Shown here piece by piece: positions 24,375 through 36,387 of a stretch of 64,000 nt of DNA. Made by a program: the position numbers and the translations under genes. This stretch comes from Podarcis pityusensis (Eukaryota): NCBI GenBank assembly GCA_964106645.2, contig OZ067054.1. One strand, 5' to 3'. The first letter of the stretch is position 1; every line of letters starts with the position of its first letter. The notes under the pieces are model-generated. The model was not told where the DNA came from, made no database searches, and saw only the letters and a program-made list of their open reading frames with translations.

Positions 24375-27300
24375 TCCATCACATGGTACAAGATACCTAT
24401 AATTGCTTCAACTGCTTTTTTTACCCCCACTAATGCTCAAATGGTGTCAGTGACCATCCCAATGTTTCTTTCAGTGACTTTAGAAAAGTGACAGTGACCA
24501 ACCATGGTCAATCCACAAAGTTTTATTAAAAAGCATTGAAAGTACTCAGTTATCTGAGGTTCTGCCCCTCCCCCAGCAGAAGCCTGCCCCCTGCAATGTA
24601 CTATTTACAACAATTTTGATTTCCTAAAAAAACAAAACAAAAAAACTCTCAACACTTTTGGCTTCCTCCTCCCCACAAAAACTCCATGTGACCTACTCTG
24701 AAAAGCTGTTTTACACAGTGGGGGAGGTAATATGTTAAAAGAGAAAGAAGGGGCTGTGTATATATCTTAGTATCCCCCTCAGCCCGTATTCATTTTTAGC
24801 CACGCTGGACATGTCCCAAGAGTGGTTGCTGAGGGACATCTTGGGTGAGGACTGTGAAGCATGTATCTGACCAGGGTAAGAAACCACAAACTTTCTTCGC
24901 AAGAGCCTCTTGGATTTCAATAGGTCAAAGCAGGCCGTATGCCAAAGCTTGTGACTCCAGTGGAAAGCTGGTCAGGGATTTGGTCTGAGCAACAAAGAGC
25001 TTGCTACTGCTCCTTGCTCCACTCTTGCTGTGTCTTCCCCCACTTTGTCTTGCTAGACCCAACCCAGCCTTGTATGCCTTCTCTTTGGTCCTTGAGGTCA
25101 ATGACTTGGCAGGTGCTGAGTCAGACAGGCCCTATATTATTGAAAGTGTGCAAGAACCTTTGTACGTGGCACACCAGGGACCAGATAGTTCCACTCCCCA
25201 AGGGCCTATGAATAGACAATTCATTGCATAATAAATTTTCTAGGATCATTTTCCTTAAAGGTCTAACATGGGGTTCATTGCTTCAGAACAATGACATGCA
25301 GGTTGTGTTGTGGAAGCTGCGCACAGAAAGTGCAGTAAAATATGTGATGCCAGGGTGCTCATTCTACCCAGAAAGAACGTCTTAAAGTGTTCAGTTAATG
25401 GGAAATTAAAGAGGTGTATAAAGAGACCCTCACATCTGCTATTTTTGAAATTCAGGGGTAACTCATATAGGGGAAGCCACACAAATTTCCTAGGAGAAAG
25501 AACGTGAGCTATAGCAATGACTGGAGCTTGAATATCTTCCTGGGGGCGGGGTGGGTTAGTTCACTTACCTCCCTAAAAAATAGAGACATGTAATTTTCCC
25601 ACTTTGCATTATTACCCTGGAAGCACAAACCCTGCAGTAATGACTCACACACAATTTTCACCATTTCCTATAAAATGGGAAACCACAATATATAAACTGA
25701 GGTTGTTTGTAAGCCACATGTTCTGTACAGACAAGATTGTACCAATGTGAAGGCAGCCGCAAAAATGATATAGTTTGCAATGGAATTTAGCAGGCTAGAA
25801 GCAATAAGCAGGAACATATTCAGAAGATGACCAAGGTGTGAGAAACCATGTACACAAACTGGGAGGCATATGCCAGTAAACGTCCTGCTCCAGGAAAGAC
25901 AAGCCCCACCCCACCCACCAAAAAATCCTGCCAAACTGTGCTTCCCTTAGCAATGACCCATTCCACCTTAGGGATCCCTGATTCATATTTTGAGACACAG
26001 AGGCCTAGGTGTTCTCCAGACCTAGAGTTTTCCCGTCTCACCTTCAAGTCACCCCAGAGAGGCAGTAACCCATCAGTCACCCATGAGAGCAGCTGCAAAT
26101 TTATTGTCACTCCTCCAGAAAAAGCACTGATGCAACAATAAGATGCCAAACAGCAAGGAAGTTTAGCAATCTGCTCTTGAAAGGAAAAGAAAGAGGAAGG
26201 AGTAGGTGGGAATATCAGTAAGTGAAACATGGGAGCAGCTGGGCCCTCGTTTTGGTCAACGTATTATCCAAACTGTTTGCAAAGTCAGATTATAAAGATA
26301 ACAAAGTGGAATTCAGTCATCCTCCGTATACATCTAACGTCCACAGGCTGGAGCTACTGCTCAAGAATGAGTGTGTGATGCTCTTTAGCAGCTAATTGAA
26401 CACCGAGTGGTACAGGCAGAGCAGCTGTCTCAACCTGTGACATTGTTTTGAGTTAGTGCAAGAAATCTGAGCACCAATCATCTCTGAACACCAGAACTGC
26501 ATGGCATGAATATAAAACGAACCCGCTTCCAATGTGGACAGGCTTGAATAGGAATCCTCTTTTAAGGAATATTTGTTGATTAAAAATATGAATTATTCAA
26601 CAATCTTACAAGAGTGACTCACTCTAAATCCACAAGTAAAGGCAACTGAAAGAGTTCCATTGGTTTCCATGGTAAAATGGCACAGATTATTTTATTTATT
26701 TATTTATTGGTCACTTCTAAAGGTATGGTGCTAACATTGAGAGAGGGGGGGATATGTCTTCCTAGCTAACCACTGCAAGAACAGAGTGTTGAACTGGAAG
26801 GGCATTTGTTGTTATTCAGCAGGGTTCTCACGTTCTATTGAGGCTGCTTCCAACACTGTCTGGAACCAACAGCTTCTTGCTTTGTGCCATTATATTTGGC
26901 CATAGCTAGCCTGGACAACTTATTACCTGTGGAGTACCTACCATGTTGTAGTAGCGGGCAAGCTGCTTGAAATCTGTCTTGTTTTAGCAGTCTCAGGCAG
27001 ACAGAAAAAACTAGAGATGCAGCCAATAGGCTGCCAAATATGACTTAGTAGACTGTGTTAAGCTCCTGGATCGCAAGTAGTACAAGCCAGAGTTACAGAA
27101 ATTCTTGCCATTTTAGCTACACCACTTCACTCCTCGCCTTAACTTAAAGCATTTTTACAAGTGACACCAGGAATGGTGGTTAGTCTGGCGTATATCACAT
27201 GACCCCCGGTAAGAGTAAAGAAAGCAGATGATTCATATTAAAATCAAATGTCCGTTCCAGGCTGTGTAGCTTTATAAATTTTATTTGCAAATACAGAAAC

Positions 27301-28575
27301 TGCAAAAATGAGGACCCCAGTGAGGAGTTTTGCTGGTTATTTTGTTTGGTGAAAGGGCCCCTAAATCTGCTTCAGAAGTTTGCTTTAAGTAAAAGTGTTG
27401 CTGTGCATCAAGAAAGCTTGCTTCAAACTGAGCCGTTCCCAACTCTCCCTTGCCAAGGTACTGCATGTTGTACTGTTCACATGGTCTGTGGTCACGCTCG
27501 TACCTCACTGGGGAAAGAGCAAAAGCCAAGTCAAAGAGAAAAAGGTTAATGCTGTGTACACCTGATGCCTTTAAAGCACATTTACATCACACTCTTTCTC
27601 AAAGAATTCTGGGTGTTAATTCCCAGCAACTCTTAAACTTCAGTGCTCAGAATTCTTTGGGGGAAAGACTGTGCCTTGAATGTGCTCTAAAGGTATACTG
27701 TGTACACTGCTTAATTCAACAGTATTGATTTCCTTCTGGCAGAAGGGTGAATGGATGTTAGCAATAGCTGGACAAGGCCTGTCCAACTCCAAATATTTGT
27801 AGAAACCACTGGCACTAACAGCCATTACAAGTACCCAAAACATTTGTAGACAAAGGGATCTCCCTTAGAGCCTATATTGGGATGGTTATGCTGTGGCTCT
27901 CTTCCTATCTTTTCACTCCCATTAGTCCTGGTTTTACCTATAGGTTGTGCAGGTAAATAAATGAAAAGTTGTACAGAGGTACAGAGTTAATAGTGACAAA
28001 CTCCTCTTACTAGGCTCAACTCTATTTTTCTGGCTTAGAATTAAAGTTGTGCAGAATAACCTAGTCTTTAAGCAGTGTGTTTGTGACTAAACATGACTTT
28101 GCAATGATTAACTTAATTTTCTTATTATCATTAGTTGACTTAATTCATTGGAAGTGAGGGCTACTTCACACAGGCTTTTTTTAGGCACACACCTAAGTAT
28201 AGCCTGGAAAATATAAAGTGTGAATGAAAGAAACAGGCTTTCCATCATGTGTCTCACACAGGTATACTTGTTAGGGACCTGAATTGCTCTGTAGAGTGTA
28301 TACTAGTGGCAAACCCAGATTAGTTCTTGTGTAATGTGTTAACTGGCTGCTTACCCAGTCCTGGGGTAGGTGGTGGTTGCAGCCCATCGTGGTAGACACT
28401 GATTCTGGGAGAGCTATGCAGGACAGGGTGGCTGGCAGTTGGGGGAATCCCCTGGCCGGTTGCTTGGATTGGCGGACTTTCCCACCTACTAGTTACTTGA
28501 ATTTTGGACTTCTCAGAGGAAAGCCTTGCCTTGCCCTCTGCTGTACATTGTAAAGGCCTTTGGCTTTGCACAATA

Positions 28576-28606
28576 GATGGATGGATGGATGGATGGATGG
28601 ATGGAT
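28576..28606. repeat. (GGAT)n microsatellite abutting the candidate promoter
   Basis: Directly visible. Confidence 0.97.
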
Positions 28607-28619
28607 TGAATTTTGGGCC

Positions 28620-28924
28620 AAGCCAAGTGGGCGGGGCTTGGTTGGGAGCAAACAGGAGTGGAGCAGTCTTCACTCTAGTCCTCTCCTAGCCAATAAAAGC
28701 CGGCTGCGGCTGAGCGTAGGACCGCAGTCGGCCGAAGAAAACATCCTTAGAAGATGACTTCTAAAAGGGTATTATTGGTACCTAAAATGTTTAGAAGTCG
28801 TCTTTTTCCTGGCTTATGGTCACACGTCAGCCAAAGATAAGTTATACCTAAATGTAGTCACTGAACAACCTGATACTGTAATACAGAACACTGAATTTAA
28901 TTTCACACTTCACAGAAGGTAAGT
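28620..28924 (+). promoter_or_regulatory. Candidate alternative promoter and non-coding first exon
   Basis: GC box TGGGCGGGGC 28628-28637, AGCCAAT ~28688-28694, AATAAAAG, local CpG cluster, two hairpins, consensus donor AAG|GTAAGT at 28918/28919. No repeat similarity recognised. Confidence 0.45.
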
Positions 28925-31417
28925 TCGCATTTTTTTCCCATTCATGTTTCTTTTTTTAACCAAGAGCTTTGTCCAAACTAGAGAATGAAATGTTGCAATA
29001 AAAACGAGTTTTATTTTGTTTGAGGTAATGACATTATGTCAGCCCTGTAACTTAAGAGACCCCCAAATCATTCCACTAGAAAGCACAGGGGGTGATCTCT
29101 CCTGTGGAAACTTTTATTATACCTGCACTGCTGCTCCCAGTTGCCTAAGATGACTCACTGGGTTTCTGGTCTGAGGCAAGAGCCACTGTACTTACCTGGC
29201 ATCTCAAGGGGCAGAACTAAGTGGAATCTACCTGGTGGGCTGGAATCAAATTAAGGTTGATCTGCAGGGCCAAGGGGAGAGCCAGGGCAGAATCTAGCAA
29301 GTCACTTGTGGCCACCCAGAAAATGTTCTGAGGCTGCAGCGCAAAAGCAACAACAACAACAGAATTAAGAAAAGGCAGAAGCAATGGTTGAAATGGGTTT
29401 CCATATTTCCCAGCTCAAACACAAATGCTATATAGGGGGAAACGGTCCCATGTATAAATTGGATTCACTCGAACAACAGCTTTCTAAATCTCATGCAGTT
29501 TATTCCAGAGTAAATGAACCAGGCTATTACTGCTTAGTGCTGACTCAATAAATGAGCAGCTTCCATTTAGCATATAGATGTTGTCTTCTTCTCCATTTGG
29601 TTAGCACATTTTACGTTCAAAATGTGCTGGGGAATTTGAAAACCATTTACTAAAAACCTGCCATATGTCTGCCCTTTGGTTTGCCTTCTGTATATTTCTG
29701 TGGAGATTACCACATCCAGATGTCAGATTAGCTCTAAAGTGTAGTATTCGTTCAGATTTTTATATTGGTTTCTGCCACAATGCAGATTACGGTAATTAGT
29801 CATTCCAGTCTGACTGGCAACACTACCTGGGCTCTTTAGGATACTAGACCCTGCAGCCTTTAGTTCCTTTTTTCTTTCTTTCTTTCTTCTTTGCTTTGTT
29901 TTCTTTGGATAACTGACCTCACAGCTGCTTACCATACATCACTTTTTAGGCTTTTGGATGCTGTTGCAGAAAAGCATGATAATTTGTGGCAGATTACTCT
30001 TTTTTGCTGTTGCATCATGGCAGCCCTGGTGCAAAAGTATTGAGGATCTAGAAATGGGATGTAGTGAGTGACTTGGTTGCCCTAGAATCATATGGTGTCA
30101 AGAACCAGCAAATTAGCTCTGCAAATATCCATCCTTTAGCATGCACCCATAAGGTGATCTGTTGCTAAACAGCTGTAGTTATAAATCTTCCACCTTTCTG
30201 AAGCAAATGCCTGCATGATCCTGAGACCATGCATAGTTGACAAGCTCCTGCTGCCAAAGGGGTGTCTAGATCTGTAAAGTGGGGCTCGTTAAATCACCAC
30301 AAGCTTCTCTGTTTCAGCTGTTTATGGTTTCTCATTAGGAATGGGTCCATTAACCCTCTGTCAACACATTTGTTGGTGGGAAAGCAGCCTGGATTGCCTT
30401 AATTGCAATAAAAAATATATACTTTTAGATACATTTTTAAAATCTGTGGCGCTTTGAAGTCCCAAATTACATTGCATCAAAATTTCAACGCCATAGCTAG
30501 ATTTTTGAAACTACAATGGAATATCTTCAAATACACTGTGACACTAAAAAGTTTATATGTACATTTTTTTATTAAAGAAGTTGTTCAAAATCGGAACTGA
30601 TCCTGATATTTTAGGGCTAGAGATGCAAGCTTTAATCGTTTAATTGGCAGATTAATTAACTAAAGGTTTAGTTAACTGGAATGGAACGTCAAAATAATGG
30701 CACGCCTAATACAGTTCTTGAGGCTATTTTGGTTCTGGCATGTTGCTGTCACAGGGAAGAGAAGGGGAAATGTCTTACGTTTCCTTTCTTTTTAGCAATG
30801 AGTGATCATTTTTCTTCATTAAGCTTTCAATTATTATACGCTAACCTTTGTTATCTCTAATATTCCATTTATTTAAATTTAATGAATCAGTTGCTCATAA
30901 GCCAGCAGATTAACGAACTAGAAAGTATAAAATCATTTATTCGCCATATTTAAAACTAAATTTTAAAAATGGAATAAATGTTCAGAAATTAGCACAGCCA
31001 TTATTATTCTGCCTATTTATAGCCACTGAAGTTGCAAAACATATGAAATTTCCTGATTTTGTAGTTTAGAAGTCTCATATCCATTTTTGCCAACCTAATG
31101 TGAACATTACAAGCAATTTTAGCAGTATGTAGTGCTTCCCTGTTTGAAAAGTTTTGGCATTAGTCTTTATTTGCTAAATATCCTGGGACGCATGTATCTC
31201 AGACATTTCACCACTCTGAGTTCAACTGAAGGTGTAAATATTTAACAGTTTTCACAGAATTCCATTGGGACAACTGACTATTTAAGTTCCTACCTGAGTA
31301 AATGCAAACATAAAATGTTAAAAGAAAATGTTAACATGAAATGTTGTTTATACAAGTTTTTCTGGAGGTAACAGACTTTTTGTACAGTTCTAATAGATGT
31401 GACTTAAGGCCTTGATA

Positions 31418-31774
31418 GGGGACGCGGGTGGCGCTGTGGGTTAAACCACAGAACCTAGGACTTGCCGATCAGAAGGTCGGTGGTTCGAATCCCCGTGATG
31501 GGGTAAGCTCCTGTTGCTCAGTCCCTGCTCCTGTCAACCTAGCAGTTCGAAAGCACGTCAAAGTGCAAGTAGATAAATAGGTACCGCTCCGGCGGGAAGG
31601 TAAACGGCGTTCCGTGCACTGCTCTGGTTCGCCAGAAGCGGCTTAGTCATGCTGGCCACATGACCCGGAAGCTGTATGCCGGCTCCCTCGGCCAATAAAG
31701 TGAGATGAGTGCTGCAACTCCAGAGTCGGCCACGACTGGACCTAATGGTCAGGGGTCCCTTTACCTTTACCTTT
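31418..31774 (+). mobile_element. Sauria/Squam1 SINE
   Basis: Same family; TSD ttaaggccttgata. Confidence 0.93.
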
Positions 31775-31812
31775 AAGGCCTTGATAATGGATTATGATTA
31801 TTGTGTTTAGAC

Positions 31813-32163
31813 CAGGGGTCCCCAAACTGTGGTTCATTGACCACCAGTGATCCACAAGTTTCATTCAGGTCGTCCATGGTGTGCTGTGGATTTTGGGTTG
31901 AAGACAGGAGATGGCACATCTATTGCAGTAAATACCCACCTTGATTTTTAATTGTATTTTTAATGCTTCTTTTATTTCTTATGTTGTGTTAAAATTGTAA
32001 TACAATATATGAGGAATAAAAGGAACAATGTTAATACAATTAAAAACCATACAGCACCTAGCACAGTGCATTACAATTGCTACAAAAGGCAGAATAAATC
32101 ACGAAGCTGTTTGATAAGCAATTTTTAAAGTTGTTTGTAATTTTTAAAGTTTGGGAACCATTG
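31813..32163 (+). mobile_element. hAT-type non-autonomous element; second copy at 2443-~2766
   Basis: caggggtccccaaact...agtttgggaaccattg; the two copies align across an AT-rich interior. Confidence 0.75.
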
Positions 32164-32582
32164 AACTTGACTATTAGAATTCTGCTTTTAATATTTGTTA
32201 TTGTCTGTTTGTATTATTGGGTACTATGGTTCCTTTTTGAAGGCAGAATGGCAGGATATGCATGAATAAACATGCCTGTAAATTCTTGAATAATTTATAG
32301 CAGATCCTTCATGTTTGCTGCCTAAGGATACTATCTGATAAGGTCCTTTATGGCAGTGCTGGATGTTCCCAGAGATGTGTAGCTGCTGCCAAACAAAGAA
32401 CATCACTAGAAACATGAGGTTTAATTATAGGTAATTCAAAGCATCTTCCATTTGACAGCTGTAACATGCTCACAGGTCTAGTAAACCACTGCTGCATCTT
32501 TGGGCTGATCTATACATTCAGAAGAATCACATGATACAGCTTCTCCTGTACTGTACTGTACTGTACTGTACAATATACATAT

Positions 32583-32920
32583 GGGACGCGGGTGGCGCAG
32601 CGGTCTAAACCGCTGAGCCTCTTGGAATTCCCAATTGGAAGGTTGGTGGTTCAAATCCCCACGAGGGGGTGAGCTCCCGTTGCCCGGTCCCTGCTCCTGC
32701 CAACCTAGCAGTTCGAAAGCACATCAAAGTGCAAGTAGATAAATAGGTACCACCCCAGCGGGAAGGTAAACGGTGTTTCTGTGCACCGCCAGAAGCGGCT
32801 TACTCATGCTGGCCACATGGCCCGGAAGCTGTACGCCGGCTCCCTCGGCCAATAAAGCGAGATGAGCACCACAACCCCAGAGTCGGCCATGACTAGACTT
32901 AACAGGGGTCCCTTTACCTT
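32583..32920 (+). mobile_element. Sauria/Squam1 SINE
   Basis: Same family; TSD tacaatatacata. Confidence 0.92.
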
Positions 32921-34419
32921 TACAATATACATAGAATGATACTTCACATTGTACACAGTCAGTGCACAAGTGACACACGAACAGTGCAATAGCACATACT
33001 TCAGTGCAGTTCATTTTTTAAAAAAAAATATATATTATTCTTTGAAAAAGCAAACTCTAAAGGTGGCTAGCATGAAACCCCCAGGAGTTACCTGTCTGAA
33101 ATTGGCAGGATTAACCCCCTCTTAAGGGGATATCATGTCTTCACGTTACATGCACATATGTGGAAAAAACCAAGGAAGCTAGGACCATGTTAGTTTTTCA
33201 ATGCAAGCCAACGGGGTTTCTGAAGATTTTTTTTTATTGGATATGGATGTCAGGTCAGGCTGTGACCAGATTGTTCCGGATCAGATTGAGGCCAGTGTGA
33301 ATTTTTGAATCCGGTCCTGAATTGCATGAGGGGCTGTGTGTACAGCCGTATTGTCCGAGAACATTAATCACTAACATGTGGGGGAGAACAAGATAGAGTT
33401 TGTTCTTAATTCCATTTGGATCGTGTTCACAGATTTATATTTGGAAAATACATATGTACCATGTCAGGGGGGAAATATTATAACTCCTAGCAAAATGACT
33501 GTATTTGATCGCCATTAACAATGTTGTGTGTTCTGCAGAAGACCAGCAACAGAGAATTGTCATGCTTACTACTAGAGGAATACTGTATGAGTAAAAATAT
33601 TTCCATCACAGTTACACAAGGGTGCAGCTTAGCTTGGTCGAGGCATGCCTTCTATACACTTCTCTTTGCCTACTCAGACAGGATACATTTCCTTTTTGTC
33701 ATGTTATCTCCCTGGCTTTAACTAAGTCTTTTCCTTTTATAGTCTCAGAGGTTGTTGAGCAGTATTCTTCAGGAATACGACAATGGAAACAACCGTATAT
33801 GGATTCTTAAAAAAAAAAAAGCTCTGCTGGTGCACATACATCAGTCTTTTAAAAATGTGCTAACGGTAGCCAGACATAGGCTGCACAGTAATTAATAACA
33901 GAATACATTAAAATATGTTCTCAAGAGTTCAAAGGAGGCTACAATCACAGGGGAGGACAATAAACAGCTGTGCAAGGAAAGGCAGTATCCTTTATTTCCA
34001 GTGTGTTTGGAGGTCTATGACTAAGTATATCTTGAGAAAGAATATAAGTCCAAAAATGCAGTTGCCAGGTGGCAAGTGGCCACCATAAATCTTTTTTCTG
34101 GGGACCACCTGATCTTGATTGCTCAGCACAAGTTGAGAGACTTCCCTCCCCTTTTCTGAATTCTTCAAGCATCACAGAGACCTCAAAAGCAGGAAAGGGC
34201 TCTCACTGCAGCATACAAACTTGCGTGCCAGGTTCCCCTTCCTTCAGGACATGAGGAATCACCTAGGAGGCCTTTGCTTCATCACCAAACTCTCTGCAAT
34301 AACCTCTCAGTTCAGAGGCATCTGTCAGTTTCTTGAGTTTGGGACCAATGTTAATCTCAAGGGTGAAATAAAAAAATTCCTTCCTGTAGCACCTTAAAGA
34401 CCAACTAAGTTAGTTCTTG

Positions 34420-34457
34420 GTATAAGCTTTCGTGTGCATGCACACTTCTTCAGATAC
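34420..34457 (-). ncRNA. Minimal type-I hammerhead ribozyme motif (Penelope-type), intact stem II
   Basis: Reverse complement reads GUAU CUGAAGA A GUGUGCAUGCACAC GAAA GCUU AUAC. Confidence 0.78.
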
Positions 34458-34462
34458 ACTGT

Positions 34463-34500
34463 GTATCTGAAGAAGTGTGCATGCCCACGAAAGCTTATAC
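34463..34500 (+). ncRNA. Minimal type-I hammerhead ribozyme motif (Penelope-type)
   Basis: GUAU-CUGAAGA-A-GUGUGCAUGCCCAC-GAAA-GC-U-U-AUAC: stem I, core CUGANGA, stem II (1 mismatch), GAAA, palindromic AGCU stem III, CUU cleavage triplet. Confidence 0.75.
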
Positions 34501-34799
34501 CAAGAACTAACTTAGTTGGTCTTTAAGGTGCTACAGGAAGGAATTTTTTTATTTCGACTATGGCAGACCAACACGGCTACCCATCTGTAACTAATCTCAA
34601 GGGTGACACTGTTGGATATCCTGGCTTGGTAGGGATCCAGCCCCCAATTGGCTTCACTACACCAAGTTCTGCCTCCCAAGTTCAATAAATTGGCTGCCCT
34701 GTTCTCATTCACCCAGCTTTGTGGATGAAAGGGGAAAATAATGCTGCTGACAGCTACTGATGAAGTCCATTTATGCTATATATTGTACAGCCAAAGAAG

Positions 34800-34801
<2 letters not shown>

Positions 34802-34843
<42 letters not shown>
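34802..34843. repeat. (TA)n microsatellite
   Basis: Directly visible. Confidence 0.98.
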
Positions 34844-34849
<6 letters not shown>

Positions 34850-35369
34850 ATGATGATGATAGGTACTTGCAGACTAGCTGCATTGTATAGTAGGGCCAAT
34901 GCATTACATAGCTTTGCATTCTCACTACAACTCCATATTTCAAGAAACAGTTTAGACAAATACACAGCTTAGCAGGTCTCGTGTAAATCCAGCAGAATTG
35001 AAATAGAGTATTTAATAACAAACTGGATGATGGCCCCAGATGATGCTCTACCACGTATACCATAGTGCATATGCTAAAACATGTTTTGAAAGGTGTGTTC
35101 ATTGACATAACATTGTAGATGTCCTAGAAATATAACTATTTGAGGTTCCCTGCCTGTCTTCATTTCTTCAAAGATATATATTTGCTTCCCATAATACATG
35201 AAGTGACCCCAACTGGAACCACCTGACACCAGTGTTGGCAGTAAGGAGGCATCTGATGATGATGATGCTGAGGTCACGTTACTCTGTTTCTAAGTTAACT
35301 ATCTGTATGGACTCACAGACTAAATCAAAGGCAATATTAAAATAACATTAATATTAACAAAGGCAATGT

Positions 35370-35600
35370 AGTAACATTTTGCATAGCACTTTGCAAGTGC
35401 TCAAGCCCTCTTGCATACATTATCTAGTTGTGATACTTATAATAACCCTATCAAATAAATCAATATTATATTATCCCCCATATTGCACACTGGGAAACCG
35501 AGGCTGACAGAGAGACTTTTCTATGACCACCTACTGAGTTAATAGTAAGAGAAAGATTCAGACTGGAGATATCCAGACTTTGTGTGTAGCTCAGCCATGT
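35370..35600 (-). mobile_element. Ancient MIR/CORE-type SINE remnant; another at ~52085-52290 (+)
   Basis: attatcccccatattgcacactgggaaaccgaggct resembles the CORE motif. Confidence 0.55.
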
Positions 35601-35642
35601 AGACACTACGTTACACCATCTGTAAATGGGCAACTGGCAGTA

Positions 35643-35873
35643 CAGTGGTACCTCGGGTTACATATGCTTCAGGTTACATACACTTCAGGTTACAGACTCC
35701 GCTAACCCAGAAAGATTACCTCGGGTTAAGAACGTTGCTTCAGGATGAGAACAGAAATCGCACGGCAGCAGCGAGAGGCCCCATTAGCTAAAGTGGTGCT
35801 TTAGGTTAAGAACAGTTTCAGGTTAAGAATGGACCTCCAGAACGAATTAAGTATATAACCAGAGGTACCACTG
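35643..35873 (+). mobile_element. Tc1/mariner MITE, same family
   Basis: TIRs and TA flanks. Confidence 0.9.
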
Positions 35874-35949
35874 TATTAGGCATTAATTTAGGCCCTGGGA
35901 GCTTCCCATCAGGTCCTCAACATACCCTCCAAGTCCAAACCCAGCAATC

Positions 35950-36387
35950 CAGGGCCGGATTTAGGTTTGATGAGGCCCTAAGCTACTGAAAGTAATGGGG
36001 CCCTTTATATGTCCAGCTGTCCTTTGTCAACAACAAATTGTCGCTGTTTTTTTGTGTGTTGAATATATGCTATATGGTAATTTACGGACCTAATAGGTAT
36101 CTAAAGCCTTTTGCACATACAGAATGTAGGCACCCTATATATAGAAATGAGCAAACCAGTGATATTTTAGGGAGCAGGCTAGCAGGGGGGCCCATTACTT
36201 ACATCATAGGAGACTACACAACACAAAACACTGTTGCTGTATGTAGGTTTTATTTTATTTGTTCTTTATCTTATATTTTGGAAATGTACATCCAGTTTTT
36301 TCCCCTCTTTACATTTTTTGGGGGGGCCCCCAAGAGAGTGGGGCCCTAAGCTATAGCTTGTTTCGCTTATACGTAAATCCGGCACTA
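35950..36387. mobile_element. hAT MITE
   Basis: TIR cagggccggattta / taaatccggcacta; 8-bp TSD cagcaatc. Confidence 0.88.

Larger units (their letters stand above)
34365..34591. mobile_element. Penelope-like element terminal (pLTR) insertion arranged as an inverted repeat
   Basis: 95-bp arms 34365-34459 and 34461-34555 with one mismatch. The right arm continues to ...ggctacccatctgtaac. TSD taatctcaagggtga at 34352-34366 and 34592-34606. Carries hammerhead motifs. Confidence 0.85.

Noticed and set aside
28751-28804. AUGA-containing hairpin as a SECIS element
   Set aside because: The 3' arm pairs canonically and lacks the GA of the non-Watson-Crick quartet; not in a 3'UTR.
29189-29201. tacttacctggca resembling the U1 snRNA 5' end
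   Set aside because: Only 13 nt with no U1 body. It could be a minus-strand donor, but no supporting exon was found.
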